A stretch of 64,000 nucleotides of DNA, taken from NCBI GenBank assembly GCA_002269645.1, contig NIVC01000365.1:124001-188000 (forward strand), written 5' to 3'. This document shows, piece by piece, positions 48,147 to 60,921 of the stretch. How positions within the stretch are numbered: the first letter of the stretch is position 1; each line of letters opens with the position of its first letter. The translations under genes and the position numbers were made by a program. The notes below the pieces were generated by a model. That model did no database searches. It was not told the origin of the DNA and worked only from the letters and a program-made list of their open reading frames with translations. The stretch is from Macrostomum lignano (taxonomy: Eukaryota).

Positions 48147-48406
48147 AATAACAGAACATTCAAACAGTCCAGTGTGTCAAAAATGGCAAGCCGGCAACAA
48201 TGACGCGCTGAATTTCAATTCCAACATTCGCTCTCGCATCCCTGTGCCGCGCACCTGTTGCAGAAATTGTCTGCAATAAAAGCAACTGAAAGATGGAAAA
48301 AATATTGCTGGAAGATGGAGCTGACACCAAACGACCGAAGCTGCGTCTGACAAGGCTCGGGGCACGCACGAACTGCAGAAATAGAAAAACAAAAAACCCT
48401 GTGCAC

Positions 48407-51400
48407 TGCAGCTCCATCCCGCTCCAGCGCACCTGTCAGTCGTGTGTTCCCAGAATCCCTATACCTTCTCCTCAGCCTCCCCGAATCTCACACGAGTCCC
48501 CGAGCTCGAGCCCCGGCTCATGCACTGTGGGAAATCGCAGACTTCTGAAACCTTGTTCACCAGACCGCACTGATCCCACAGGCCGGTGACAAAGGGGACA
48601 TTTTCAATTGCGATCCCTGTTCGCTAATTACTGCTGTCCCAGACTGTGCAAATGAAAGTCTTAGCAAAATATCCCCAAATATCCCCATTGCCGCCGTGTG
48701 CGCGGCAGGTGCAGACGGCGGAGGCTGAATATTCCGCTGGCCGCTCCATCAGGCGGTGAGGGGGGGGCGGCCGCTGCCCCCTGCTGCTTGACACGATCGC
48801 AGAGTCAATAAAACTGCAGGGAGGGTGGGGGAGGGCGGAACACGCAAGGCAAGATGTTGAACAAGGGGAGAATTCCCGGAGTCTGTGCGGCGGGCCTGAC
48901 AATTTCGATTTTCTCCCAGCCTCAATATATTTCCCACAGTTCTTCTTCGAGGCAGCGCTTTCTTCTTCTTCTTCTTCTGCTTTGCTTTTTTGCCCCTCGT
49001 GTCACTTTATGGACGGCTCGAAAAAGCAAAAGACGGTCGGGGGACATGCGACAAGAAATTGGGGAAGAAGCCGCATTGTTGCACCTGTCATCATCTAGCA
49101 AAGTGGAGGCGGGGAACAGGGGAGGAGCCTGGGGGTCTGGAATGGGTTCTGTGCATGACTTTTGCAGAATTCGATTATTCGTCAAGTGCTTCGCGAATTA
49201 CACGAACCGAAAACTGGAGCGGTGCGTGATGTCTGACATGGGGGCTGACCTGCATCAAGGATGCAGTGCTGTGTATTGAGATGCAGTGCTGTGTACTGAG
49301 ATGCAGTGCTGTGTACTGAGATGCAGTGCTGTGTACTGAGATGCAGTGCTGTGTACTGAGATGCAGTGCTGTGTACTGAGATGCAGTGCTGTGTACTGAG
49401 ATGCAGTGCTGTGTACTGAGATGCAGTGCTGTGTACTGAGATGCAGTGCTGTGTACTGAGATGCAGTGCTGTGTACTGAGATGCAGTGCTGTGTATTGAG
49501 ATGCAGTGCTGTGTATTGAGATGCAGTGCTGTGTACTGAGATGCAGTGCTGTGTACTGAGATGCAGTGCTGTGTACTGAGATGCAGTGCTGTGTACTGAG
49601 ATGCAGTGCTGTGTACTGAGATGCAGTGCTGTGTATTGAGATGCAGTGCTGTGTACTGAGATGCAGTGCTGTGTACTGAGATGCAGTGCTGTGTACTGAG
49701 ATGCAGTGCTGTGTACTGAGATGCAGTGCTGTGTACTGAGATGCAGTGCTGTGTACTGAGATGCAGTGCTGTGTACTGAGATGCAGTGCTGTGTACTGAG
49801 ATGCAGTGCTGTGTATTGAGATGCAGTGCTGAGTATTGAGATTAAATGAGACTGAGACTGTGAAATGAAACTGACTGATGCCGTATGAGGCTGTGTGATG
49901 CTGTGTGAGTCTGTCCTCAGCTGAACTCAGCTTGCTTGTCACCTTGATTCCACCTGAGCCTTTAACCCTAGCCGCAACGGAGCTGAACAAATAAACACCT
50001 GCGGTCGCACTGGGGTGTCTCATGCCGCAGGCAGGCCGTTTAGCACTGCACTGGGGCAGCCAGGGACAGAACTGTTTACAAACGTATTCACCTGTTGAGT
50101 TTCAATTACTTTTTTTGACTCGTGCTCACATTGACTCAGAAAGTCTTCACAGGCAACGCTAATTCCTTGTTGCCGGGCAACAATTTAGTGGAAAGTCAGC
50201 AGCCGCTGAAATTGCAGACTGAATCCCCGCAGTCTGGCGCACGGAAACAAATGTTTAGTGCAGCTTATAGTTTTCCTGCATTTCCACCCCCTCCCGGAAG
50301 ATAATTTCCAAGTCGCAAAAGCAGCGACAGCTGACATTTTTCTTCTTCCTCTGCTTTCGCTTAAACTTCGGTCTTTTGTGCAGAAGCAAATCCTGCAGTG
50401 TTGGATGATGGGGGATTTCCTTTGAACACGGAAGGAAAAAACCGGTGGGCTGGAGGTGCCTGCCGGCCCTGCTCAGGCGGCAGCTGTCGCCGGGGCTCTC
50501 GGGTCGGGGGGATTTTATCGGGCAGCCTCCGCTCGGCAACCAGAGGAGGAGGAGGAGGCAGCGGGGCCGATGGGGACACGAGAGCCTTAATGACCCTCTT
50601 AGATTCCGCATTCCTCAGGCGGCAGCTGCGGCTCTCTTGACGCCCCGGACGGCCCTTGGATGAGGAACCAGCGGCAGCTGACGCCCGCCCGGCGCATGGC
50701 AGCTGCGACTGGACCAAAGGTTTTTTCTTTCTCGAAGCTTCAGCATCTTCCATCTTCCATTTCGGCTGATCCTGCGGAAGAGGCACGCAGGCTGGGGAAG
50801 GTCTTTGGCCCCCTCCCAGCCGCGTGCAATTTAACTGTTCAATGTTTCTGGCGCACAAAACTTTTGCAGATTCTGTCTCTGACACGGGGGATCGGGAATA
50901 TAAAAGGAGGCGCATGGAAGACGATTTTTGTACGAGTGCAGCTCCCGATATTTTTGCCTTTAGAGTTGTCGAGATGTCGCAAACTCCAAACAAGTCTTGG
51001 AAGTTTTTGGCTGCTTTGCCAGCTTCAGTCTGCTGCAGTCTTATTCATCTCTTCATCAGCATCTGATCCTCTGCATTTCTCTATTCATTAACTCCGTCCA
51101 AACTTCAGAGCCTTGCTCAGGTATTGCTCGGATACCTGCAGATGCTCACGGGGTATTGATCGGATACCTGCCGATGCTCACACGGGGTATTGATCGGATA
51201 TCTGCTGATGCTCACACGGGGGATTGATCGGATACCTGCTGATGCTCACACGGGGGATTGATCGGATACCTGCCGATGCTCACATTGGGTATTGATCGGA
51301 TACCTGCCGATGCTCACATTGGGTATTGATCGGATACCTGCCGATGCTCACACGGGGGATTGATCGGATACCTGCCGATGCTCACATTGGGTATTGATCG

Positions 51401-53884
51401 GATATCTGCCGATGCTCACATTGGGTATTGATCGGATACCTGCCGATGCTCACATTGGGTATTGATCAGATACCTGCCGATGCTCACGGGGTATTGATCG
51501 GATACCTGCCGATGCTCACATTGGGTATTGATCGGATACCTGCCGATGCTCACGGGGTATTGATCGGATACCTGCTGATGCTCACACGGGGGATTGATCG
51601 GATACCTGCCGATGCTCACGGGGTATTGATCGGATACCTGCCGATGCTCACATTGGGTATTGATCAGATACCTGCCGATGCTCACGGGGTATTGATCGGA
51701 TACCTGCCGATGCTCACATTGGGTATTGATCGGATACCTGCCGATGCTCATCGCCGATGCCAAAGCTCATAGGGAATCGCTCATGGAGCATTACATGTAG
51801 ACAAATATTTTGCATCATACCACACGACTGGCCATTGTGTCTCATGTTCCGTACCAGATGAAAACACATGGAAAGCGAAAAAGCTTTTGAATAGGCTAAC
51901 ATAAGGCAGGCTAAGGACCCGAGGTCAGCGTCTGTTCTTGAATATGCGGCTTCCTACCAGCCAGCACTTCACTAACAGTCAAACAGCATTCTGAAAAAAC
52001 AGGCGGGTGAAAACTCTGTTCTGTCGAATAGGTAACCAGCACCCAGAGATAAGTTTGAACTTCATTTCTCCAAGCTTGAAACAACAGGTGCAAAAGAAAA
52101 CAAGAGATAGAAAAACATTATTGAAAGTCAAATAAACAAAAAAAGTGAAAAGCAGCACAAAGTGGTTGCGGGCACAGCATAAACAGTTCTGTCCCTGGCT
52201 GCCCCAGTGCAGTGCTAAACGGCCTGCCTGCGGCATGAGACACCCCAGTGCGACCACAGGTGTTTATTTGTTCAAAGCGTTGCGGCTCGGGTTAAAGGCT
52301 CAGGTGGAATCAAGGTGACAAGCAAGCTGAGTTCAGCCTAGGACAGACTCACACAGCATCGCACAGCCTCATACGGCATCAATCAGTTTCATTTCACAGT
52401 CTCAGTCTCGTTTAATCTCAGTACACAGCTCTGCATCTCAGTACACAGCACTGCATCTCAATACACAGCACTGCATCTCAGTACACAGCACTGCATCTCA
52501 GTACACAGCACTGCATCTCAGTACCAAGCACACTGCATCTCAATACACAGCACTGCATCTCAATACACAGCACTGCATCTCAGTACACAGCACTGCATCT
52601 CAGTACACAGCACTGCATCTCAGTACACAGCACTGCATCTCAGTACACAGCACTGCATCTCAATACACAGCACTGCATCTCAGTACACAGCACTGCATCT
52701 CAATACACAGCACTGCATCTCAATACACAGCACTGCATCTCAGTACACAGCACTGCATCTCAATACACAGCACTGCATCTCAGTACCAAGCACACTGCAT
52801 CTCAATACACAGCACTGCAACTCAATACACAGCACTGCATCTCAGTACACAGCACTGCATCTCAATACACAGCACTGCATCTCAGTACACAGCACTGCAT
52901 CTCAGTACACAGCACTGCATCTCAATACACAGCACTGCATCTCAGTACACAGCACTGCATCTCAGTACACAGCACTGCATCTCAGTACACAGCACTGCAT
53001 CTCAGTACACAGCACTGCATCTCAGTACACAGCACTGCATCCTTGATGCAGGTCAGCCCCCATGTCAGACATCACGCACCGCTCCAGTTTTCGGTTCGTG
53101 TAATTCGCGAAGCACTTGACGAATAATCGAATTCTGCAAAAGTCATGCACAGAACCCATTCCAGACCCCCAGGCTCCTCCCCTGTTCCCCGCCTCCACTT
53201 TGCTCGATGATGACAGGTGCAACAATGCGGCTTGTTCCCCAATTTCTTGTCGCATGTCCCCCGACCGTCTTTTGCTTTTTCGAGCCGTCCATAAAGTGAC
53301 ACGAGGGGCAAAAAAGCAAAGCAGAAGAAGAAGAAGAAAGCGATGCCTCGAAGAAGAACTGTGGGAAATATATTGAGGCTGGGAGAAAATCGAAATTGTC
53401 AGGCCCGCCGCACAGACTCCGGGAATTCTCCCCTTGTTCAACATCTTGCCTTGCGTGTTCCGCCCTCCCCCACCCTCCCTGCAGTTTTATTGACTCTGCG
53501 ATCGTGTCAAGCAGCAGGGGGCAGCGGCCGCCCCCCCCCCCTCACCGCCTGATGGAGCGGCCAGCGGAATATTCAGCCTCCGCCGCCTGCACCTGCCGCG
53601 CACACGGCGGCAATGGGGATATTTTGCTAAGACTTTCATTTGCACAGTCTGGGACAGCAGTAATTAGCGAACAGGGATCGCAATTGAAAATGTCCCCTTT
53701 GTCATCGGCCTGTGGGATCAGTGCGGTCTGGTGAACAAGTTTTCAGAAGTCTGCGATTTCCCACAGTGCATGAGCCGGGGCTCGAGCTCGGGGACTCGTG
53801 TGAGATTCGGGGAGGCTGAGGAGAAGGTATAGGGATTCTGGGAACACACGACTGACAGGTGCGCTGGAGCGGGATGGAGCTGCA
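48407..53884. mobile_element. Foldback-like structure 2: ~1.7-kb inverted arms around a 2.1-kb spacer
   Basis: Arms 48407-50078 and 52180-53884 are near-identical reverse complements, each holding a 20-bp array (ATGCAGTGCTGTGTACTGAG)n. Weak similarity continues about 100 bp outward. No TSD or transposase seen. Confidence 0.75.
51122..51749. repeat. 32-34-bp minisatellite (GTATTGATCGGATACCTGCCGATGCTCACA..GG)n in the foldback-2 spacer
   Basis: Seen directly. Confidence 0.95.
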
Positions 53885-54299
53885 TTTGGGGGGGGGGGCC
53901 GGGTTGTTCCAGCACGCAGTTCGTGCCCTTGTCGCGTTCAGTTTAAGCTGGTTGTTTGTTTCAACAATAATTGATCTGCTTTCAGTCGGCAGCAGTTTTT
54001 TACTAATTGGCTTTGAAAGGAATCATAAAAATATTTGATCCAGACTGGCGCCCGCGCTTTTCAATTCATCGCTGCCACTGCCCATTAAACAGCTAGCTTC
54101 TGAAGCCTCACGACATCGGTTCTGCTGACTCTACCAGAAAGCCAACTTTTATCGATTTCAACTCGTGCTTTTTACATCTTTCAAATGTGGGGCAATGCTA
54201 CACAGACATTGTTTGTCTCAGATCTTTACAAAAAGTCAAATAAATTATCTATAAAACCGACCACGTTGACAAATCAATGCTTGGAATTTTCTTTCACTT

Positions 54300-54878
54300 C
54301 TGTCGCTTCCGCTGTCGCTTCCGCTGTCGCTTCCGCTGTCGCTTCCGCTGTCGCTTCCGCTGTCGCTTCCGCTGTCGCTTCCGGTGTCGCTTCCGCTGTC
54401 GCTTCCGCTGTCGCTTCCGCTGTCGCTTCCGGTGTCGCTTCCGCTGTCGCTTCCGCTGTCGCTTCCGCTGTCGCTTCCGCTGTCGCTTCCGGTGTCGCTT
54501 CCGCTGTCGCTTCCGCTGTCGCTTCCGCTGTCGCTTCCGCTGTCGCTTCCGCTGTCGCTTCCGCTGTCGCTTCCGCTGTCGCTTCCGCTGTCGCTTCCGC
54601 TGTCGCTTCCGCTGTCGCTTCCGCTGTCGCTTCCGCTGTCGCTTCCGCTGTCGCTTCCGCTGTCGCTTCCGCTGTCGCTTCCGCTGTCGCTTCCGCTGTC
54701 GCTTCCGCTGTCGCTTCCGCTGTCGCTTCCGCTGTCGCTTCCGCTGTCGCTTCCGCTGTCGCTTCCGCTGTCGCTTCCGCTGTCGCTTCCGCTGTCGCTT
54801 CCGCTGTCGCTTCCGCTGTCGCTTCCGCTGTCGCTTCCGCTGTCGCTTCCGCTGTCGCTTCCGCTGTCGCTTCCGCTG
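54300..54878. repeat. 12-bp minisatellite (GCTGTCGCTTCC)n
   Basis: Highly homogeneous; source of the SAVA, SDSG, RFRC and LSLP ORFs. Confidence 0.97.
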
Positions 54879-55419
54879 TTTACACCCTTTAGCACTAAAA
54901 CTATTTTAACCCAACCGAACATGCGCGATCTCCTACTAACAAGTAGAAAATTTGAGCTAGAATACTGTATGATGCAAATTAAAAAAAAGTGTGCAGAATT
55001 TTCTGATCGATAGTCAGGCTGCATATTGGCGATATTTATCGCAATTATCAAAGCTGAGCGAGCTACAGACTTCGCCGCAGGTTTATTTGGCAGGTAGTGA
55101 GAAGCGGACAGAACAAGGATGGTGCTATCACTTGAAGCATCAGCAAATCAGGCAGACAAAGGGCCCTTTAGGAGCATTAATTCTGATTAAGCTATAGAAG
55201 CGAAAAAATTCTGTTTTACAATCAAATCGTTGGCAATTTCAAAGGCCCTGATTTGTTTGCTGTTCTAAACATTGAGAAAATATGCAGCAGAAACCATGGC
55301 AACGGAAACCCTCAGATCAGAGCCGCTCTTTGATGAGCCGCTCCAGCTACTCGGCTTAATCTGTCGTGAGAATCTCAGTAGCAAAAGGGCTGCAATGAGC
55401 TGGCAAACACTAAAATACC

Positions 55420-56965
55420 TCAATACTGCATCACTGCAACACTGCAACACCTCAATACTGCATCACTGCAACACTGCAACACCTCAATACTGCATCACTG
55501 CAACACTGCAACACCTCAATACTGCATCACTGCAACAGTGCAACACCTCAATACTGCATCACTGCAACACTGCAACACCTCAATACTGCATCACTGCAAC
55601 ACTGCAACACTGCAAGACTGCATCACTGCAACACTGCAACACTGCATCACTGCAACACTGCAACACTGCAAGACTGCATCACTGCAACACTGCAACACCT
55701 CAATACTACAACACTGCAACACTGCAACACTGCAACACTGCAACACTGCAAGACTGCATCACTGCAACACTGCAACACCTCAATACTGCAACACTGCAAC
55801 ACTGCAACACTGCAACACTGCATCACTGCATCACTGCACCACTGCAACACTGCATCACTGCAACACTTCATCACTGCATCACTGCAACACTGCATCACTG
55901 CATCACTGCAACACTGCAACACTGCAACACTGCATCACTGCAACACTGCAACACTGCAACACCTCAATACTGCAACACTGCAACACTGCAACACTGCATC
56001 ACTGCATCACTGCAACACTGCAACACTGCATCACTGCAACACTGCAACACAGCAATGCTTCATCACTGCAACACTGCAACACTGCAACACTGCATCACTG
56101 CATCACTGAACCACTGCAACACTGCATCACTGCAACACTTCATCACTGCATCACTGCAATGCTTCATCACTGCAACACTGCAACACTGCAACACTGCAAC
56201 ACTGCATCACTGCATCACTGCAACACTGCAACACTGCAACACTGCATCACTGCAACACTGCAACACTGCAACACTGCAACACTGCAACACTGCATCACTG
56301 CATCACTGCAACACTGCATCACTGCAACACTGCAACACAGCAATGCTTCATCACTGCAACACTGCAACACTGCAACACTGCAACACTGCAACACTGCAAC
56401 ACTGCAACACTGCAACACTGCATCACTGCATCACTGCAACACTGCAACACTTCATCACTGCATCACTGCAACACTTCATCACTGCATCACTGCAACACTG
56501 CAAAACTGCAACACTGCAATGCTTCATCGCTGCATCACTGCAACACTGCAACACTGCATCACTGCAACACTGCAACACTGCATCACTGCAACACTGCAAC
56601 ACTGCAACACTGCATCACTGCAACACTGCAACACCTCAATACTGCAACACTGCAACACTGCAACACTGCAACACCTCAATACTGCAACACTGCAACACTG
56701 CAACACTGCAACACTGCAACACTGCAACACTGCAACACTGCAAGGCTTCATCACTGCAATACTGCAACACTGTATCGCTACAATGCTTCATAACTGCATC
56801 ACTGCATCACTGTATCACTGCAACACTTCATCACTGCAACACTGCAACACTGCAATGCTTCATAACTGCAACACAGCAACACTGCATCACTGCAGCACTG
56901 CAGCACTGCAGCACTGCATCACTGTAACACTGCAATGCTCCAATACTTGAAGCACTGGAGCACTG
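55420..56965. repeat. 8-bp-based satellite (ACTGCAAC / ACTGCATC)n
   Basis: Seen directly; source of the LQHCNTAT ORFs. Confidence 0.95.
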
Positions 56966-57212
56966 ACACCTTGCACCACAGAAGAGTGCTAATACCGGAT
57001 ATTGAATACTGAACGTAAAATCAATATTTCAATCTCTGCATTTTCAATTAAGTGGCACCATTGGCTGGGAATTCTGAACGGAACCAATTATAAATTGGGT
57101 GTTGCCGCTTCAGTCGAGCAGACTAAGGAATCGCTGCTGATTTGATTCCTAAAGTCAAAGCCTTGTTTGTCAGACCGAAGACTCCAAGCCTGCCACATTA
57201 ACCCGCAGTTCA

Positions 57213-58123
57213 ATGAAGCCGTCAAGCCGTCAATTCTTGAAGCTGGCCGTGCCAGCCTGCGCTCTCCTTGTGCTGCTTCCGGCTGCCATCTCCGCCGGCC
57301 GGCAGGTAGTCAGCATGAAGTACCTGGGCTGCTACCTGGACTATGTTGGCGGCTTGCCGGAAATCAACGGCCTTGTTGGCCTCCACAAGATTGGCGACTA
57401 CAGCAAAGGTGGTACAGGACCTTTCTACGTGTCTGGCAGCATGACCTGGCAGCTGTGCTTGGACGTGTGCTCAACTGCCGGCTTCCCCTACATGGGGCTG
57501 CAGTCTGCCATCGGCTGCTATTGCGGCAACCACTACGGGGCGTACGGTGAGGCTCCGGAGTCGCAGTGCAACCAGGAGTGCAAAGGCAACAGCTCGCAGG
57601 TGTGCGGCGCCGCCAGTCGCAACTCCGTCTTCGAACTGACCTACCAAGGTGAGCGCGTCATGCAGGTCGGTGATGCGGTCGTTTTTAGTTAGAGGCCGGG
57701 GGCTGTGTGCACGCCAGGGTACTTTAGGTGACATTGTTACACAACGGGCGAGAGGCATTACTGCCCATTCCGCCGACTCCCCTAAGAAGGCACACAAGCG
57801 CGCGGATAATTGCGTTTAATGCATAATTTTTTTTTTCAATTTTACTGCCTGATCCCGCCCACGTGATTTCAGAAAATGGGCTGCTCCGACTGCAGGCTGG
57901 CAAGCCGATTGTTGAGGCCGTGAGCTCGTACACCCAGCCGCTCTACTCACTTGCTGAAGCTTTTACTGTCCGCCAGTGCGCCAGCCTCTGCTCCATGGCT
58001 GACTGCCAGGGTGTGTTATTCAACCAGCAGGCCGCAGGCAGCAACCCCTGCTACCTGCTGAAGTTTCCGCTGGTCCCTACGAATCTGAGCAGCGTCGTGG
58101 GGGATTTCTACGCTCTGGTTTAG
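57213..58123 (+). CDS. Secreted WSC-domain protein with a C-terminal PAN/apple-like region, 2 exons, 228 aa
   Basis: Exons 57213-57648 and 57873-58123 (phase 1, GT..AG). Hydrophobic signal peptide; WSC motifs YLGCY...MTWQLCLDVC...YMGLQ..GCYCGN...CNQECKGNSSQVCG...NSVF. The C-terminal C-x3-C-x4-C...F...CYL resembles PAN/apple. Confidence 0.88.
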
Positions 58124-58439
58124 AAGCCTCTAGCTTAAGCATCTTGAGCGATTGAGCATCTGTGCAATCCCCCCCCCAGCCACGTTGTTGAGCGATGGAA
58201 ATAGTCTGTCGCAGAAAAAATGGTTGCATGGATTAATCAGTCAGCCTCACGAGTTCATGACCAATTCGAACTGCACTTGATGCTCAATAAAACAAAATCA
58301 ATTGATGCGCGATTGTTGCACTGCATGGCGTTTTACGAGCGTACGAGCGGTACTTAGGAGAAATACGAGAGAAGTCGCATTGAATTGAGGGTTTTATTGC
58401 CTTTTAATTTCTCATTATCTCAATAAGAGTGCGCGTACC

Positions 58440-59035
58440 TCACTGATGTATCTCACTGACATTTCTCCCTCACTGACGTATCTCACTGACGTATCTCACT
58501 GACGTATCTCACTGATGTATCTCACTGATGTATCTCACTGACGTATCTCACTGACATATCTCCCTCACTGATGTATCTCACTGACATATCTCCCTCACTG
58601 ATGTACCTCACTGACGTATCTCCCTCACTGACGTATCTCACTGATGTATCTCACTGACATATCTCCCTCACTGATGTACCCCACTGACGTATCTCCCTCA
58701 CTGACGTATCTCACTGATGTATCTCACTGACATATCTCCCTCACTGATGTACCCCACTGACGTATCTCCCTCACTGATGTACCTCACTGACGTATCTCCC
58801 TCACTGATGTACCTCACTGACGTATCTCCCTCACTGATGTACCTCACTGACGTATCTCACTGACGTATCTCCCTCACTGACGTATCTCACTGACGTATCT
58901 CCCTCACTGATGTACCTCACTGGCGTATCTCCCTCACTGACGTATCTCACTGACGCATCTAACTGATTATCTCTGACGCTTCTCAAATGACGCATGTCAA
59001 TGACGCATCTCAATGACGTATCTCAATGACGTATC
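58440..59035. repeat. 15-18-bp minisatellite (TCACTGACGTATCTC[CC])n
   Basis: Seen directly. Confidence 0.95.
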
Positions 59036-60728
59036 ACTGGCATATGGTCTTAGAGCCTGCGCACGGAGGGCTGTTGACGGCGTCAGCATCCAGGGTCAGG
59101 GTCCTGTTGTTAGCTCTCTCTCGAGAGCTCAGTATCTACGATGCCCCCAGCGGTGTCGGTGAGCCACAGGCAGCAATGCAGGGCAGGCAACGCCTTTCGG
59201 CTAGCAAGGTTTATGACATCCAGTTAAGGCATCCAGGTTTGCTTAAGGTGCGGGTAGCATCAGCTGCTCCTGACCTGGTGCGGAACCTGGACGGCGAGGA
59301 CACGTCGGTACCGCGGAAATCCGGTAAGTACAGACAAGAGCTTGTCGTCTACTGTCTGCCAAGGACTTCTAGACTAGAAGTACTTGCTGTCTGCATGGTA
59401 AAAACGCGGTATTTTTCGTTGTTCTTTACAGCGAGTCATTAGCTTGTACTTGTAGCATTAAGCACAAGAGTTCAAAAGGAAAGCAATTTCTGATTTCTGT
59501 CTGACCTATGGACAGACAAAATGGTCCGTTCTACTTTAGTTAACTTTAGTTGGGAATCTACTTTACGTCGATACATGTACATGTAGCTGCAATTAACAAG
59601 ACAACAAAGTACTACTATGCTAATGTGAATTGATGGCCCAATTTTTAAAATGCTACAACCATAGATAATGTAAGATTACTACTAGGCTTTCGAGTGACCC
59701 TAGGTTTACGAGTAAGCCTAGTAGTAGGCATATTGTCCCATGACTGAGCGTGCGTTGAAAAAATTCTTCGTCACAGCACTGTACTTTATTATCTGCACGC
59801 TTTTTGTTCCTGCAGCTAGGAGTTCCTAACATAGACATTTTCTTAGTGACCATAGACACGCTATTATCTGCACGCTTTTTTCATTATCTGCACGCTTTTT
59901 TCATTATCTGCACTCATGGGACAATAAAAACACTAGAGGGTCTGCACTCGCCTAATTTCATGTGAATAAGCTACTTATTGGGCGTCTGTATAGAGTTTTT
60001 TGGATATAAATGTTAATTCTATATTTTGATTATGATGTATTGTAGATTAAAAATTTATAACATTTCGGATCCTCATTTTTCCATTCATGCATGCAGTCGT
60101 AGAAATGATGCAGAGCAAGACGCAGTTGGTTCTAGTGGAGCTGCGCTAGGTAAATCAACTGCCATTGAAGGAATCTGTGTACTTAATGTGTACTTAATAC
60201 TTAATTTGTATTAAGTGACCCATCTAGTGTTTTTAGTATCTGTGGCTACAACTAAGTTATCAGGAATACAAGTTTCCTTCTCAGGTCAACAACTAGTTAG
60301 ATAAATTTACATAATACTTTGACGCAGATATTACAATCAATATCTTTAGATAGCAATTACATCTTAAAACTTTTATTTGTCCTGAAATTAAACTACTAAG
60401 CCTGAAACCATAATAGTGCTTTTGCTGCTGATGCTTCCTAACATTTGTTTAAAATAGTGAACTCGAAGTCTGTTGACGTTGAATGAATTCAAACGTAATA
60501 TTTTATTGGAACTAAGTTGTTAATACATCTGATTCTGATGTGCTATGTGATATTCTTTATCTGAGTTTCACTTTAACCTTTTCAAACTGTTTTTTTAAAA
60601 AAAGAGGTTCTGGTCATTTGATCCTTGGTTTAAAAAATCGAGAATTAGTTTAAAAATAAATGAAAAAGCTAGCTACAATACTAGATACTTATTATTGAAA
60701 AATTACTTCAAATAGCCCGACAGGGTCA

Positions 60729-60921
60729 ATGTCTGACGAAGAGATAATCGACAAAAGCGTCGAGAAGAGCCAGGAAAGTAGGGTAGAAACTAACCATGTT
60801 TCGGATAGCCTCACATTGCTCCTTTATTTAGGTTTATTAATTGTTACACTTCTAACAGTTTGGCTGTTTAAACATCATAGATTAAGATATATTCATGAAA
60901 CAGGCTTGGCTGTTATTTATG
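60729..60921 (+). CDS. SLC9A6/7/9: Exon of an endosomal Na+/H+ exchanger (NHE6/7/9 subfamily); gene continues beyond the window
   Basis: [40 protein letters not shown] followed by G|GTAAGT matches the WLFKH..R..HETG...IYG motif of this subfamily. An upstream exon (~60090-60148, donor GTAAAT) is possible. Confidence 0.88.

Noticed and set aside
765-56950. Most long low-complexity ORFs in the track (QVPI, LLALVSL, EDFRGAKC, TVTPSF, SAVA, LQHCNTA and similar)
   Set aside because: They are translations of tandem arrays, often open in several frames and on both strands. Several lie inside introns of the reconstructed genes.
59026-59442. 138-aa ORF downstream of the WSC gene
   Set aside because: Non-ATG start inside a repeat edge, no motifs, no splice support.
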